From contig CM119372.1 in assembly GCA_051294905.1 (NCBI GenBank), positions 26,166,001-26,230,000 on the forward strand: DNA of 64,000 nt, in the 5' to 3' direction. This stretch comes from Botryllus schlosseri (Eukaryota). Numbering within the stretch: position 1 is the first letter of the stretch; each line of letters opens with the position of its first letter. Below, piece by piece: positions 13,796-26,590 of this stretch. The translations under genes and the position numbers were made by a program. The notes below the pieces were generated by a model. The model saw nothing but the letters and a program-made list of their open reading frames with translations. It was not told where the DNA came from and made no database searches.

Positions 13796-15995
13796 GTAGC
13801 ACCTACTACCAATTTTCGTTCTATCTACGACCCATGCTAACATAATATATAAACGGGTGACTGTCGGTATATATAGTCAAATATCGAGTAAAGGATGGTG
13901 GAATAGCAATTGATTCCTGTTGAAGCGGCAGCGGGACGATCGGAGAGCATGATAAAACGAACACGAAATTATGCCACATATAGTGAGTAGTCCTTACGAA
14001 AGTAAAAAAGTCGAATAACCGCCCTTAAGCAAAGCAATCATTACCAATCGATGAAGATTACGATTACTTTGTAACATTTCAAATGTAATCACTTACAATC
14101 ACGATTATATTTGAAAATGGAGTAATCGTAGGTAATCGATTACGATGGCTCATAACGATTGTTCCATGTTGACGTATACCCACTGATTCCAACGAGCAAT
14201 ATCTTCATACACAGTTGATGCCACTCGAATGCCAACATACCACACCCACGCTACACCCTATTTTCATGGATTTGAAAACGGAAGCTCATCAGCGAATTTT
14301 GATGACGTTTACTGTCTGTCTGAGTGCATTAACTATAATTCAACAGACTCAATAGCGTGAGGTAATCTTTGACAAGAGCTTTCTTGCCGGATGAATGACA
14401 AATTTTCAGACAGGAACTGCCGACAACTCTATCCCGCTTATGGTCAAGGTTGATTTTTCGCTACCTCCCCGATACGTTAATACCGGTAATTGACCGATGC
14501 ATACGACCCACGAGATGAACCGGTAGATAGGCCTAATCCTAACGTCTACAATCTACTCTGTAAAGTAGTTCCTTGATCCCCGTTGCTAACAAGCTGCTAT
14601 TAAAATGTACCTTTCACCTGCGATGGTTAATATTTTCAACATAACTGTACAGCAAAATCTCCACTGATGAAGGCGATGCAGTTATGCAGATTGCTTAAAA
14701 CAAATGTTACATTGCGGAGTTTATTGAAAGGGGAAGATCTCGTGTACATAGTATATATTGTCGTGGCACACATGAACGTGATTAGAAATACAGAACGAAA
14801 ACAACCAAGATGACGTAAATATGTCGAAAATATCGAATGATCATAGTTGTCAGGTTCACCGCGCTCCCCGACAGCAGTGGTCGAAGATGATAGGAATTTA
14901 TGAAACGATATCGAAATGATATATGGACAATGGACATGTGCAAAGGAAAATGATTTCATCGCAGGTCATTAAAAATAATTATGGAATAACAAAAAGTATA
15001 TTGAATATACATGAATAATCTCAGTGTGATGTCATTTTAGTTTTCATGTTAATGTTTCACGTATCTGAAATGAAACCTAGACTCAGTATTATCTGACTTC
15101 TCCAGTCGACAGGACCGATAAAACCGTGTTTCAAATTTTCAACCAGTACATTGACTAATTCACTGAAATCTTTAGTCACGAAGTTCGTCTTATATATATT
15201 AGGACGTGAACACTGAACAGTTCTCAGACTGATTAATGAAAAGCTATATTTCATGAACGCGTTGCCATAATGGTTTCGATAAAGTCGTACTTCAATCTGG
15301 CGGAGTGGAATTTTGAGGATTTAATCCCATATTATGTCAATATCACATCTGAGGTACGGATGCTGCGCACCTGTGGTTTCGAGCTGGCGTTATCAGGTGC
15401 CAGTACCGCAGACATATAGGCCAAAGGGTTGTTGATTTCCCAATTAGTAAGTTAAACTTTTATAGCAGTATGGTTATGATTTAGTTTACCATAGACATAA
15501 ACGAAATACTGATTTCAGCTGTGAATGAAATTAGATTTATTCATACTTCTAAGTTGATGCTATTTTGGTGATATAATGCATACAAGTGCGATTGAAATTA
15601 GAAAATTGTTACAGAGAGCTCAAAATCCTGTTCATAAGATGTGCAAAGCGGTTTTATCCAGTAAACTGATTATATTATTTTATCATGGATTTTAAAATTG
15701 GTTTCGGATGAAAGCCTCTAACAGAGGTTAAGCGGTGCCAGACATCCATTTAGTTTCCTGCAAACAGCATTATTGTGAGTTTTCCGCGGATCCATATCAT
15801 GTTTCCGCTAATGTGGGGCTGATGGCGTAGTAGTATTATAAATTGAATGGAATTTATAAAAATAGTTCCACTTGTACTGCGCTCCCGTGCACATTCCGAA
15901 TGAGTTTAAAATTAATTACGGATTCTTTCGTTATCGGTGGTCTGGTCATGTAGGCTCATTTCAAGGTTGCAGCATATAATCCATATTATTAGCAA

Positions 15996-16923
15996 AGGGA
16001 TGGTATGAACCTCTGAAAGGTTCAGGTTCGTGTGAACGCGAACCTTTTTGAAAGGTTCTGTGTGAACGCGAACGTGAACCTCGTGACGTCATGTGACGTC
16101 ATACTGCTAATTTCAACCCTATATTTCAATGAAGTGATAGCCTATAGTAATGTACACAATACCTAGCGACGACTCGTGTCACATAATGCCACAATGCTGA
16201 AGTACATATAACGTCGCTAAATGTATCAACTGAGGCAATCAAATGATATAATAATCCCATAAAATCAATAACTTCCGTCGCTTTGCCAACAATTTCGATG
16301 AGGACTTGCCAGGGAATATAAGCTTACGCTTTAACGGTCTAGGCCAGACCGGACAATGTCATATGTGTACAACACATGGATATTGAGCAGAGTGCAAATC
16401 GGGTTTCTATACTTGCTACCGATATTACCCCATTAACAAGTTATACAGCAGTAGCCAACATCTTAATTGCATGGATTTGCTTATTATGATACAGTCAACA
16501 TATGAAGTCAAGATTGACCCGTACGCCTGCTAGATATTTACTTCAGAAAACGATATCAATCTCACTGATTGGTTGAACAAGCATCATTCGTTGACTACAT
16601 GTAGTCTATTCACAAACGGAAAGCTGGATATTTCGAGCAAACTTTTGTAACAAGGCAAGTAAAATTTTTGAGATTGTCAAGGTACATGCTCGAGTTGCTC
16701 GTTTAGTGTTGATTGTTTATGCTGCCAGCGCCATGCATAGAGTGGTTCGCAGTTGAAATGCAATAAATGTGAACCAAAAATGTTATAATGAAGTGAAAAT
16801 TGTAATATAAGAAAAAAGTTCACAGTGCAGAACCTACCAAGGTTCTGTTGTGAACGCGAACCTCAAAATTTCCGAGGTTCACACACAGAACGCGAACGTG
16901 AACCTCACGTTCACACCATCCCT
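15996..16923 (+). mobile_element. hAT (Ac-type TSD) MITE, family B full copy
   Basis: TIRs agggatggtatgaac / gttcacaccatccct; perfect TSD attagcaa; subterminal GTGAACGCGAAC repeats. Confidence 0.9.
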
Positions 16924-16944
16924 ATTAGCAATCGTTGTTGAGAC

Positions 16945-17335
16945 TATGGTTGCATTTAAAACAGAAATCAATTTAAAACAAACATGTTTAAAACAAGGCC
17001 CCAATTTAAAACATGCTTTTTATTGTTTTTTTTTCCTGTTTTTCTTCAGGAAATGACGTCACAAATATTCAATTGTGACGCCATAGTGGATTGACATTGA
17101 CAATGGAAAATATAAAGTAAAGATAGCTTCTTTGACGAAATATCTGTACTCTTGTAGTTGAACCGACTATTTTGAGTGTTCCAACCATCCCATATCGATA
17201 TATACGTCGGCTATATCGGGTGGTAATTGTCCGTAGGCTCATACAACACGTTTTTTGGAAAGTATTTACACAATGATGGCATAATTATTTTTACAACTTG
17301 AAAAAAAAAAAATTTTAAAGGCCTTTGTTTAAAAT
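16945..17335 (+). mobile_element. MITE family C copy (right end degenerate)
   Basis: Homologous to 49323-49721 (atgacgtcac.aatattca...tatacgtcggctatatcgggtggtaat...gtaggctcatac). Confidence 0.8.
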
Positions 17336-17767
17336 CCTAGGTGAGACTAATCTAGTCAAAACCTAGTTTTAGTAATGGCTGCCTGAACCGTTCGTCATTT
17401 TCAGTATACATTAGCGACGTAGACCACATACATCAAACGTTTTTATCTGCCCTTACTTTGCTTACTAACCAACTGCAATAAAATCCACAAGGGTAACGCT
17501 TTTCACGCACTGTGCGCCGTCAGTAATGGTGTGAAATGACAGTAGTTGTTGAGTCATCTTCGTAACCCCAAACTAAGTAAACAAACAAAGCAAGGCCGCA
17601 TTGGTTTTATCGAGTCCCCAAATGTGTAACCCAATGATTCTTAACCGGTGTTCCTAGTGGTGCCATGAGCTTGTCTCCGGGGTTCCCTGGAGGTCAAGAC
17701 AAAACCTAAACTCATTCAAATAATTTGTGGCGATACGCCCATCTTGGGTATCGTTGGTTGCAGGTGT

Positions 17768-17985
17768 TTTTGTTTGTTTGATATTCATGGTGTTCCGACT
17801 ACATTGGTCATTTTCCACCAAGTCGATATTCCTTATTTCGATTCCGTATATACCGACATGTAGCACGGCTCACTTTTAGATTTTTATAAGACACCGCTTA
17901 CTCTCATCACTTGGGTAGGAATTTTGGAGTCGAACTCGAACACGCAACCCATTGTTGCTACAGCTGTTGATCATACTACTACTAC
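17768..17985 (-). mobile_element. tRNA-derived SINE copy
   Basis: Reverse complement matches the 53812 SINE, including the (AAAC)n tail, body and a degenerate B-box gtgttcgagttc. Confidence 0.8.
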
Positions 17986-18241
17986 TACACCAGGGGTGTC
18001 AAACTCAAATTGCGTCGCGGGCCGGATTAAATCCTTCAAATCGCCGGCGGGCCGGACCAGTCAAATGATTCCGAAACGGTACCTCGTGTCCTTGCTTTTC
18101 ACTTGAATACTTTATTATCAAGCATATATAGGTAATATACACGGATCATAGGGTTTATATTGTACCAAGTCGCAATATGTTTATTCGCGAACAATGGAAT
18201 TGGCATAATACGATGATTGTCCTGTTTAATACAGTTAAGAG

Positions 18242-18659
18242 TAGAGCCCGACCGATATTTGATTTTTGAGCCGATACCGATAGAACCGATATCTAACACC
18301 TTCACCGATAACACCGATATATTCAGCCGATATTCAATTAAGGTAGAATATACCTCATAAGGCGCATTTTCAAAACTGCAGAGCATTGATATCAGCTGCT
18401 TTACAGCAATTGTCATATTCGAACAGGAAATAAACTAGAAAGGCTGCATCTGGACACCTTGAAAGTGTAAGCTATATGAAATACAGCAATATTCCCAGTC
18501 TAGCGGTCAAGGATTGTAGGTTTCTGACTTACTACCCCCTGTTGTGACGTCACGGAAATTGCCGATATTTTTTCACCTCCAATGGCCGATACCGATAATT
18601 ATTTCAAAGTGTGATATCGACTCGATATTATCGGCGAACCGATAATCGGTCGGGCTCTA
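18242..18659. mobile_element. hAT MITE with CCGATA subterminal repeats
   Basis: TIRs tagagcccgaccgat / atcggtcgggctcta; perfect TSD gttaagag. Confidence 0.92.
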
Positions 18660-18667
18660 GTTAAGAG

Positions 18668-19693
18668 CAGACACGCCACTCCTGGGTTTTTCCACCCAGA
18701 TCTGTTTTTTAGCATCACCTATAGGTTTCTGTCCTTGAAATCTTTTTTTTTTAACATCATGTTCGTCACGTCATTTTACGCTCGAAAATTAATTATCAGG
18801 TTAGTAAGATCATAATATTGTAAAATGAACGCACTTTAGCTCGTCATTGTCGATGGAATTCGCTGTTATTGTACCGACATAGTCTTGAGAGACTGTTTCA
18901 CTACTAAAATGAGACGCCTCTGTGTGATGTGACGGAGCTTCATTGCATAATAACTTCCAGGTCGAAGAAAGTCATGTTCATAGGGCTGCTCATTGAAAAC
19001 GTTGTCTTACTATTTAAAACGTTTTATGACCTGAATGCTAGTATCACTCAAAAAAATTCGTCGTGTATCGATAAATAACAAGTAACCTTATGGTATATGA
19101 ACTTTCACATGGGTAGACCAGGCGATGATTTGTATCTGATTCTGTTTAGGTCACACATGGATACCACCAGCAAGCTAGTCAGTGCATGGCTGGGTTGCTT
19201 ATCAGCACATTCGAATACACCCTGAATTTTATGATTTGTCAGTTATGGCAGTTATTTATTCGACATGGGTCTGTGTCATTATCCCAGATAAAAGTGATTG
19301 TACCGGGATTGATCAATCGATACGTTCAATCTGGTCGGGTCACTGAAAATATACGAAAGTCACCCTCAAAAATAGGAATGTATTGCATTCTTACGAACTT
19401 TCTGAGCGCAATGATATAACTAATACACTATTAAGTATTTAAGCCTCGCAACAGTCGAGAGGAAAACAATATATTTTTGTAGAATTTTCAGTGTTAACCG
19501 AGCAAAATGTATATTATGAACTGTTGGAAATTCAGTATCAAAGGCTCCTACGACTGTATGACTGTAGGACGACTGTCAGATCCCAGTTTCACAGCTATTT
19601 TATGTAAATTTGAGTGAAATATAGGATCTGGGTTTTTCTGGGTTTATTTGGCTTCCACATCCGTTTTTTCCGAAATATCCCAGTGGCATCCCT
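18668..19693. mobile_element. hAT MITE sharing the gttaagag TSD
   Basis: TIRs cagacacgccact / agtggcatccctg; flanked by gttaagag at 18660-18667 and 19694-19701. Confidence 0.85.
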
Positions 19694-20389
19694 GGTTAAG
19701 AGCCGATACAACATTGGCGCCAACGACGATATAAGTTGGCATATTTCTATGTTCCTTTTGCCGTCGTAATCTGCCGTTAGCCCATCGTATGCACTGTGAG
19801 GAATACAAGATCTGTGAACGCGGACGTATGTATTTGGATTATTATTGATTCGCAAGTTGGCTTTCTCTTCCTAAGTCCGGGGGCCTGTTGGTGGGAAGTG
19901 ACACAGCAGTGCGATCGTAGATATTTTGAATTAAATATTGGTATAACTAATATATTTTCCACGTAAATTTCATATAACGGTTCCGCGTAGGCGTTTTCAC
20001 TTCTGCGTTTTGGTCCATTTTCCATGAAACTCTGAACTCGGTGTGCACGTTTTCTCTTCTCTAATTAGAGAGTGAAACTTTACAACTCCGTAGTCGGGTG
20101 GTTGGTTATAACGTGGCCTGCTCGACATTGGCTGTCTTTAGAGAATATTTATTGAAAGTATTTCCTGCAAAAAAATCTTATTAACATTCATTGCAAATGT
20201 GCTGGATAATATAAGAATTTTTCAATGTACTCAGAATGGCTACGCAGGCCGGATGCACGGATGCACGTACGTTTTACTCCTACACTATCCCACCACCACA
20301 TTGGTTGCAGGTAACTAGACCAAATCAACAGTTTAATTGCGACTGTTGACACGGTACGTCTTGGGCAGTGGCAGATAGGCCTACTCAGT

Positions 20390-20712
20390 AGGGATGGTGC
20401 GAACCTATGAAAGGTTCTGTGTGAACGCGAACGTGAACGTCATGACGTCACATGACGTCATATTGCTAATTCCAACCCTACATTTCATTGAATTGATATA
20501 TCAATGTACACATTGCACACGATAGCCTACCTATAGCGATAACTCGGGCCACAATATGCCACAATGCTTCAGTACATACTGTCTTTTTAACCGTCGCCAA
20601 ATATATCAACTGGACCAATCAAATGATATAATAATCCTACAAAGTCAATATCTTCCGTCGCTTCGCCAACAATTTCGATGAGGACTGCAAAAGGAGTATA
20701 AGCTTACGCCTT
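20390..20712 (+). mobile_element. Family B MITE, left-end fragment
   Basis: Aligns to about 15996-16330. Confidence 0.85.
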
Positions 20713-21793
20713 ATGCCTTATGCTTTATGTCATTATCAAGTTATTAGGTAAAATGTAATAATTGTTATGATATTACAGAAATTTACATCAAATAATATGC
20801 ATTTGACATTGCGAAATTAAAAACTCATCAATGAATGGTAAAATAACAAGCGAAGCGCAGATGTATGCTTGCCGCGAGGTACGACCTGTGCCCGCCATAT
20901 CGGATTCCTATATTTACAATTTACATAATTCAGAAATCCTCCTATGCCGAATTAAATATATTTGGGTCGGACAGATGATTCCGTAGCGCGATTTCGAGAA
21001 GTGCAAACAGCGATGTTGTGATTCAATACGAACTATTTCAACTACACTTTGTCGTTACAGTACACGGTATATTGTAACTATCCTGGTAATTCCGTTGCTA
21101 TAATTTGTTTTCATGTTGAATTAGGGTATATTCATGAGAACTGTTTCGCGGCAATCCAAAATAGGCTCCTCATTAATCCGTGAAACTCATCTTATGACAT
21201 AAGAAATGATTGTATAACCTCCAGAATGTGGACGATCAGTATGACTTCGAAAATGCGTAATTATACATGTATTTTGTATGTATGTATTAGTTCGGGGCAG
21301 ATTGAAAAATTCCCTAGTCCTATAGTCCGACTCTAACCCAATTTCTTCAAAATTTAATGCGGCTTCGATGCAACTCCTACCGTATTAAAATTTATAATAT
21401 GTAAACAGCTAATATCTACACCGGCTCTGGTTAAATCCTGCACACTACTACCTATTAGTTCAGTTTTAATAACACCATTGACAAACAGACAGATGGTGTT
21501 GCGATGAGTTCGGCACTCGGCTCCATATTGGCTAACATCTTTGTGGGGTTTCATGAAAAGAGATTGTTGGATAGTACCGATCGGCCATTGATGTATTATC
21601 GATATGTTGATGACACCTTTGTCATGTTTAATAACGAAGCTCAATGTGATTTGTTTCTTGCCAAATTAAATGACCTTCACCCTTCTTCGAAGTTTACTGT
21701 TGAAAAAGAGAATGACAATTCGATGCCTTTTTTGGATGTCTTTGTTGAGAAGATGAACAATAATTTTGTTACATCTGCATGTCTACCCTAAGG

Positions 21794-22943
21794 CAGTGTT
21801 GGGATGACTCGAGTCATGACTTGACTCGAGTCAGACTCGAGTCACCTTTTTCGTATGACTTGACTTGACTCGAGTCAATTTGCTGAAATGACTTGACTTG
21901 ACTTGACTCGGCGTATCAGAAATGTGGATTGACTCGTGACTTGGAGCAAAATTTACGAGTCAATTTCAAGTCATCAAGCAATCGATGTCGATAAAAATCA
22001 CCTTATCTTGCATATATGGTCAGATTGTTCGCGAAACGCTGGTGTAACCCGTGAGAGCGACCAATTATTCAATGATCGTGCGTTATACTGAGCCTCCATT
22101 GTTCTCTCACAAATAAATTTACCGCAAACGAAGTGATCGAAGCTTACAGCTTACGCTGTCGTAAACTTACATGGTAAAAGTAATTTAATAGTGAAATATC
22201 CATTTGTGTTCTCTGTTCTTACCTTGACCAAACCTTTTGTTTCATTGGCGCAGGCTCGAATTGTATCAGATCAATTTGCAAACGGGTAATGTATCGCATC
22301 TTATCAATTCGTTTCTCTATTTTCGCTGGTTACTATAAACTGAGGCTAGACAATTACTTGCGTAGTTTAGCATTTCTACGTATATGTGAGCGATACAGCG
22401 CGTTCTTGCGTGTATATTTAAGTCTATAATCGTCCATCGGTTCAGAATGAATGACCACTCAGCATCTGTATTTCAGACAGCTGGCAAATTAAATGACGTA
22501 AGCATTGCCCATTGTGTGATTATCTCTTACTACTATCCCTCTCTCATGGGTTTAGGGAAACTATTAGAGAGAGAGATAGTAGTAAGAGATAATCACACAC
22601 CCATGGCCTGTTTAGTAGGCCATGATATGCGTCATACTTCGAAAAGGCAACTTGACTTGAATTGTGACTTGACTTGACTTGACTCGAGTCACCTCCATAG
22701 TAAGAGATAATCACACACCCATGGCATTTTTAGTAGGCCATGATATGCGTAATACTTCGAAAAGGCAACTTGACTTGAATTGTGACTTGACTTGACTTGA
22801 CTCGAGTCACCTCCAAAAATCGAGTGACTTGACTTGACTCGAGTCACCTTCGAAAATCGATTGACTTGACTTGACTCGAGTCAAAATGTGCAATGACTCG
22901 AAATGACTCGTGACTCGAAGGTAGTGACTTGATCCCAACACTG
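21794..22943. mobile_element. hAT MITE with (GACTT/GACTCGAGTC)n subterminal repeats, inserted in the Penelope RT
   Basis: TIRs cagtgttgggat / atcccaacactg; perfect TSD ccctaagg; internal tandem duplication of about 118 bp (22580-22815). Confidence 0.94.
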
Positions 22944-23782
22944 CCCTAAGGCTACATTTAGTGGTCAGTATCTTTCATGGGATTCGTTTTACCCTATGAA
23001 ACGTAAAACCAATTTGATAAGAACCCTGGTACACAGGGCCCTGATGATTTGCAGTGATGACAAACTGGATTTTGAAATAAATACTATCAAATATATTTTC
23101 CTTGCCAATGGCTATCCAGAGCATATTGTCAAAGTGACTATTGAACGCAAAATACAAGATTTCCATAAAGATAAGCCATTTGGACCGAGAAGGTGCCCAG
23201 TTTATTTGCATCTCCCGTGGAAAGGCACAGCTTGTAACAGGTTTGAAAAATAGATTAAGTCCTCCGTGAGTCGTTGTTTTCCACAAGTGGAACGGAACCC
23301 CGTCTAATATTTACTACGAACTCTTTACTACCAGCAACGCGTAAGGATGTGCTACCTGCGATTGATCAGAGTAACATAATTTACCAATATGTGGTCGGTA
23401 TGTGGGTCGCACATCTCAGCGCTTGCAACAAAGAATTCGTCAACACTTTCCTCGTCAAATTAGGAATTCGCAGGGTGATGACATGGCTTCTCCATCATCA
23501 CAGTCCCTAGTTACCATGCGCGATTATGGTCAAGTAACAGCATGTAATTTTTGCCATCGGACCGCACCTCTTGAAACACTCTGAGTGTGCAAAACATTGC
23601 AATAACAATCAGTTTTCCATAGTTGCTCGTGGCCGTTCTCTTTTTCATTTAAAGGTCCTTGAATCAACTATCATAAAGCTGCAAAAGCCGATCCTCTGTC
23701 GCCAGAAGGAACTTATCTACACGCTGGGAATCTTCCATTGGTGTTGTTTTATCGTTCGGCTGTCTTACAGCTGATTTTGTGT

Positions 23783-24800
23783 TATTATTATTACAAATAT
23801 GAGTGGTGCTTTTCGCCATTGATGGCCTTGTGCGCCACGGTCGTCAGGAAATTCAAATCAAGCAGTAACTAAATGAACTTATTACAACTTATCACGAACT
23901 CAGCGACGGCGGTGGACAATTGCGATGACGAGAGTAGGTTGGTGAACGGTATATGTAACTGGTTGCAATAGGTTCTTAAAAATGATCGATGAAAGTCGAA
24001 TTTAATGCACGATTTTAAAAAGTGTTCGACTATTTCGATGACATCGCATTCTTCGCACATTGGAGAGTCCGAGCAGCCGATTCTGAACAAGTGGGATGCT
24101 ACTCCACAGTGTCCGGACCGTAATCGAAATATTAGGCGTTCGCTATGGCGACTGCCGTTTTTCTCGGGTCCTGTAGTGAGTGTGCTGTGGAATTGCTTGT
24201 AGTGTGATCCCCGTTCATCGGCAGAGTATTCGCATTGCCAGATCTCTTGGATAACTCTCTTCATCCAGGCTTTGGCGTCTGGCACGGTAATGATTGGAGT
24301 TTGGCTCGATCGATCTTGCGTTGACGAGCCTACTCGGGCTAATTCGTCTGCTTTTTCGTTACCTGGAATTCCTGCGTGTCCCGGAACCCAAGAAAATTCA
24401 ACAGTGATAGCGGTATCATGGATATGTTTAAATATATCCAATATGGATACAATCACGTTATTTGATGGTCGGTTCAGAGGTCTAGAAACCGTCGTCAATG
24501 CGGATAGGCAATCTGAGAAGATGACGTAAGTGTGGTTTCGCGTGCCGTGGTCGAGTATCCAAAATAATGCATGCTGAATCGCCTTCAATTCCATTCTAAA
24601 GGCTGATGATATCGGTGAGCAGGTACGAGAGATTGCGATATCATGTAGCGGAATATATACCCGTAACCAGCGCCATTGGAATTTTTGGAGCCGTCTGTGT
24701 AGATTGCCACACTGCCCCCATATCGTTCAAACATGAAATCTAGGCATATGGATTGGATGTTTTCCAGTATCTCGCATTTCGAAGTGTATTTAAGTAGATC
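23783..24800 (-). mobile_element. 5'-truncated I-group LINE (RNase H + C-terminal CCHC finger, (TAA)n tail)
   Basis: IYTDGSK, then one frameshift near 24660, then ELKAI..AL, IFSDCLSAL, FSWVPGHAGIPGNEKADELAR, RLRSGHC, C-x2-C-x7-H-x4-C. (TAA)n tail at 23783-23793. TSD cagctgattttgtgt at 23768-23782 and 24801-24815. Confidence 0.93.
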
Positions 24801-24938
24801 CAGCTGATTTTGTGTGCGTTGTACTGTAACAGTGCGTTGTTTACTCCCGTTCGCGACTCTGTGTACTCGTCATTATTAGGTCACAACGACAAAATTCTTT
24901 CTATGTTTTGAACTTGGTTAACCTCATTTACTGGCGGT

Positions 24939-24974
24939 CACTCCTGAAAAGGGCCAGTCGAAAAGCTTCGAGTG
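24939..24974 (+). ncRNA. Minimal type-I hammerhead-ribozyme-like motif at the Penelope 3' end (core variant CUGAAAA)
   Basis: cactc-CTGAAAA-gggccagtc-GAAA-agct-TC-gagtg: helix I cactc/gagtg, a short helix II, palindromic helix III, UC cleavage site, followed by AATAAA. Confidence 0.7.
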
Positions 24975-26439
24975 GAATAAATTTGCAATATGAACGTATT
25001 GTTTGCTGCAATATTGAAGTTCTGTACTCCGAAAAGCTTTCTACCTATTAGCAACGAGAAAAGATTGCCATCGGAGAAAACTGTGACATCGGGCAGTTAG
25101 CGGAGGTGGATGCCAGTCTAAGAAATAGCAAATGTTCGCTCGGCATCCTCCTGTCTGTTCATTATATCGCATTGTGCGTCTTGTATATCGCATTGTACAT
25201 TGTGTATGTGACTTGGGCAGATGAAAATATAATCCGATGAATATCGATATTGATATTACTCCGGTTGAACCAGAAAAAGTACGAATCCCGCTCTGAGTCA
25301 GGTCTCATCCTACTCCGCCAAAACTGAAAAATATCCGGCCCGTATCCAGTCCATGATTATATCCATGTCCAGCACTGTATGTATGTGTAATTAGAAATTG
25401 TTCTGAAACTTCAAATGTCTTTTTAGATCATGTAGGTACAATTTGGTCAATTCTATATGCTATAATTATACTTAGATTGGTAACTGCGGTCCTCTGATGA
25501 TCAGTTTGATCACTCTATGCACAGAACATGCATTTGCCCGTCTCGCTGAGAGGCCCACCATGATTGTAGGACAATCCATGCTATATCTGGTAATGACAAT
25601 ACACCTATTTGTTTCTTGTGTTAAAGTGCCGCAACAATCTCTAAATTTGGCAAGGTGATTACTACGAAAAAGTTCAACACCTTTTCGCCCATAACTGCTT
25701 ACGGCCTGTTCGGCCGGCTGCTTAGAAAATAATAAAAACAGTCAGCACCAGAAAAAAGACGACGAACTCCAGGTTGAATACTATAATGCCCTAGTGTGAG
25801 TGGTGATGACCTAACACTGGAAATATCCAAAAATCGTCCTTCGAAAACCAAAATCTTCATTTTTTCGAACAATCGGAGAGCCGCAATAGATCATTGCTAT
25901 AGGCTACCGATTTTATTACGGCGCTCCGATTGTTCGATACATTGGTCATTTGCAGATTTGTGCGGGATTTGGCTGGGCTACAGCGCCTTGACCAGATTAT
26001 AATTTATGTTGTAGGAATCAGTGGGACAGTAGATTTTGTTTAAGCCCATTTGTATGAAGTTTTGCGCTCAGGGCGCCAGCTGTGATATCTTAGAAATGAT
26101 GGATTCAGATTGCATACATGTATGGAAATATTGCGAGAACGGTTCGTGTGTTTCCAGAGTATATGATAATCACCAACGAATTGATTCCATTCGTCAGTCG
26201 TACAATAGGGATGACGGCTCGGCTCATAATTTACCAATGAGATACAGTGAATAATTTGCAGATCTTGCGGCTTTCCAATGCTTTTTCTACGCCATGGAAC
26301 GATATACGTAGCAATACATGGTTGTGATTTGCAATTATCAGTTACTTTTTGCTGCTGGAAGGATAGTACTCATTATTGTCGTTTAAATTACTGTATAATA
26401 TTCCTGTCGTTGCAGTATGGAAACAGTTGTATAGCTGTT

Positions 26440-26590
26440 GTTATTGTTGTTGTCTTGTGATTTTCATGGTGATTTTCGACTGCAATTGTTATTTGCACCA
26501 GGCCGATATTTTTATGATATTTCCGTATCTGTCGACTTGTAGCACGGCCCACTTCTTGGATTTTTAAGACGCCGTTTGAGCAGATTAGAT
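26440..26590 (-). mobile_element. SINE 3' fragment
   Basis: Reverse complement of the SINE body (caccaggccgatatt...cgacttgtagca...taagacgccg) with an (AAC)n tail. Confidence 0.8.

Larger units (their letters stand above)
17991..20255 (+). mobile_element. Old hAT element (family D) split by two tandem insertions; right end not resolved
   Basis: Left TIR caggggtgtcaaact. Sequence after 19701 resumes similarity to the interior of the 48383-49278 copy. Confidence 0.6.
21459..25040 (+). mobile_element. 5'-truncated, decayed Penelope-like retroelement (RT, thumb, GIY-YIG endonuclease, 3' region) with two nested insertions
   Basis: RT motifs KQTDGVAM..LG.ILANIFVG, YYRYVDDTF, FTVEKEND..MPFLDV. After removing the MITE the frame reads VYPKATFSGQYLSWDSFYPMKRKTNLIRTLVHRAL. 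Endonuclease motifs IIYQY..YVGRTSQRLQQRIRQH and LKVLESTIIKLQKPILCRQKE, with frameshifts. 11-bp direct repeat ctacctattag at 21448-21458 and 25041-25051. Confidence 0.93.

Noticed and set aside
21794..22943. CRISPR-like array of GACTCGAGTC repeats
   Set aside because: Spacing is irregular, there are no unique spacers or cas genes, and it is bounded by TIRs and an 8-bp TSD.
23869..24594. Host RNase H1 gene
   Set aside because: It has a frameshift, a LINE-type zinc finger, a (TAA)n tail and a TSD, so it is a retrotransposon fragment.
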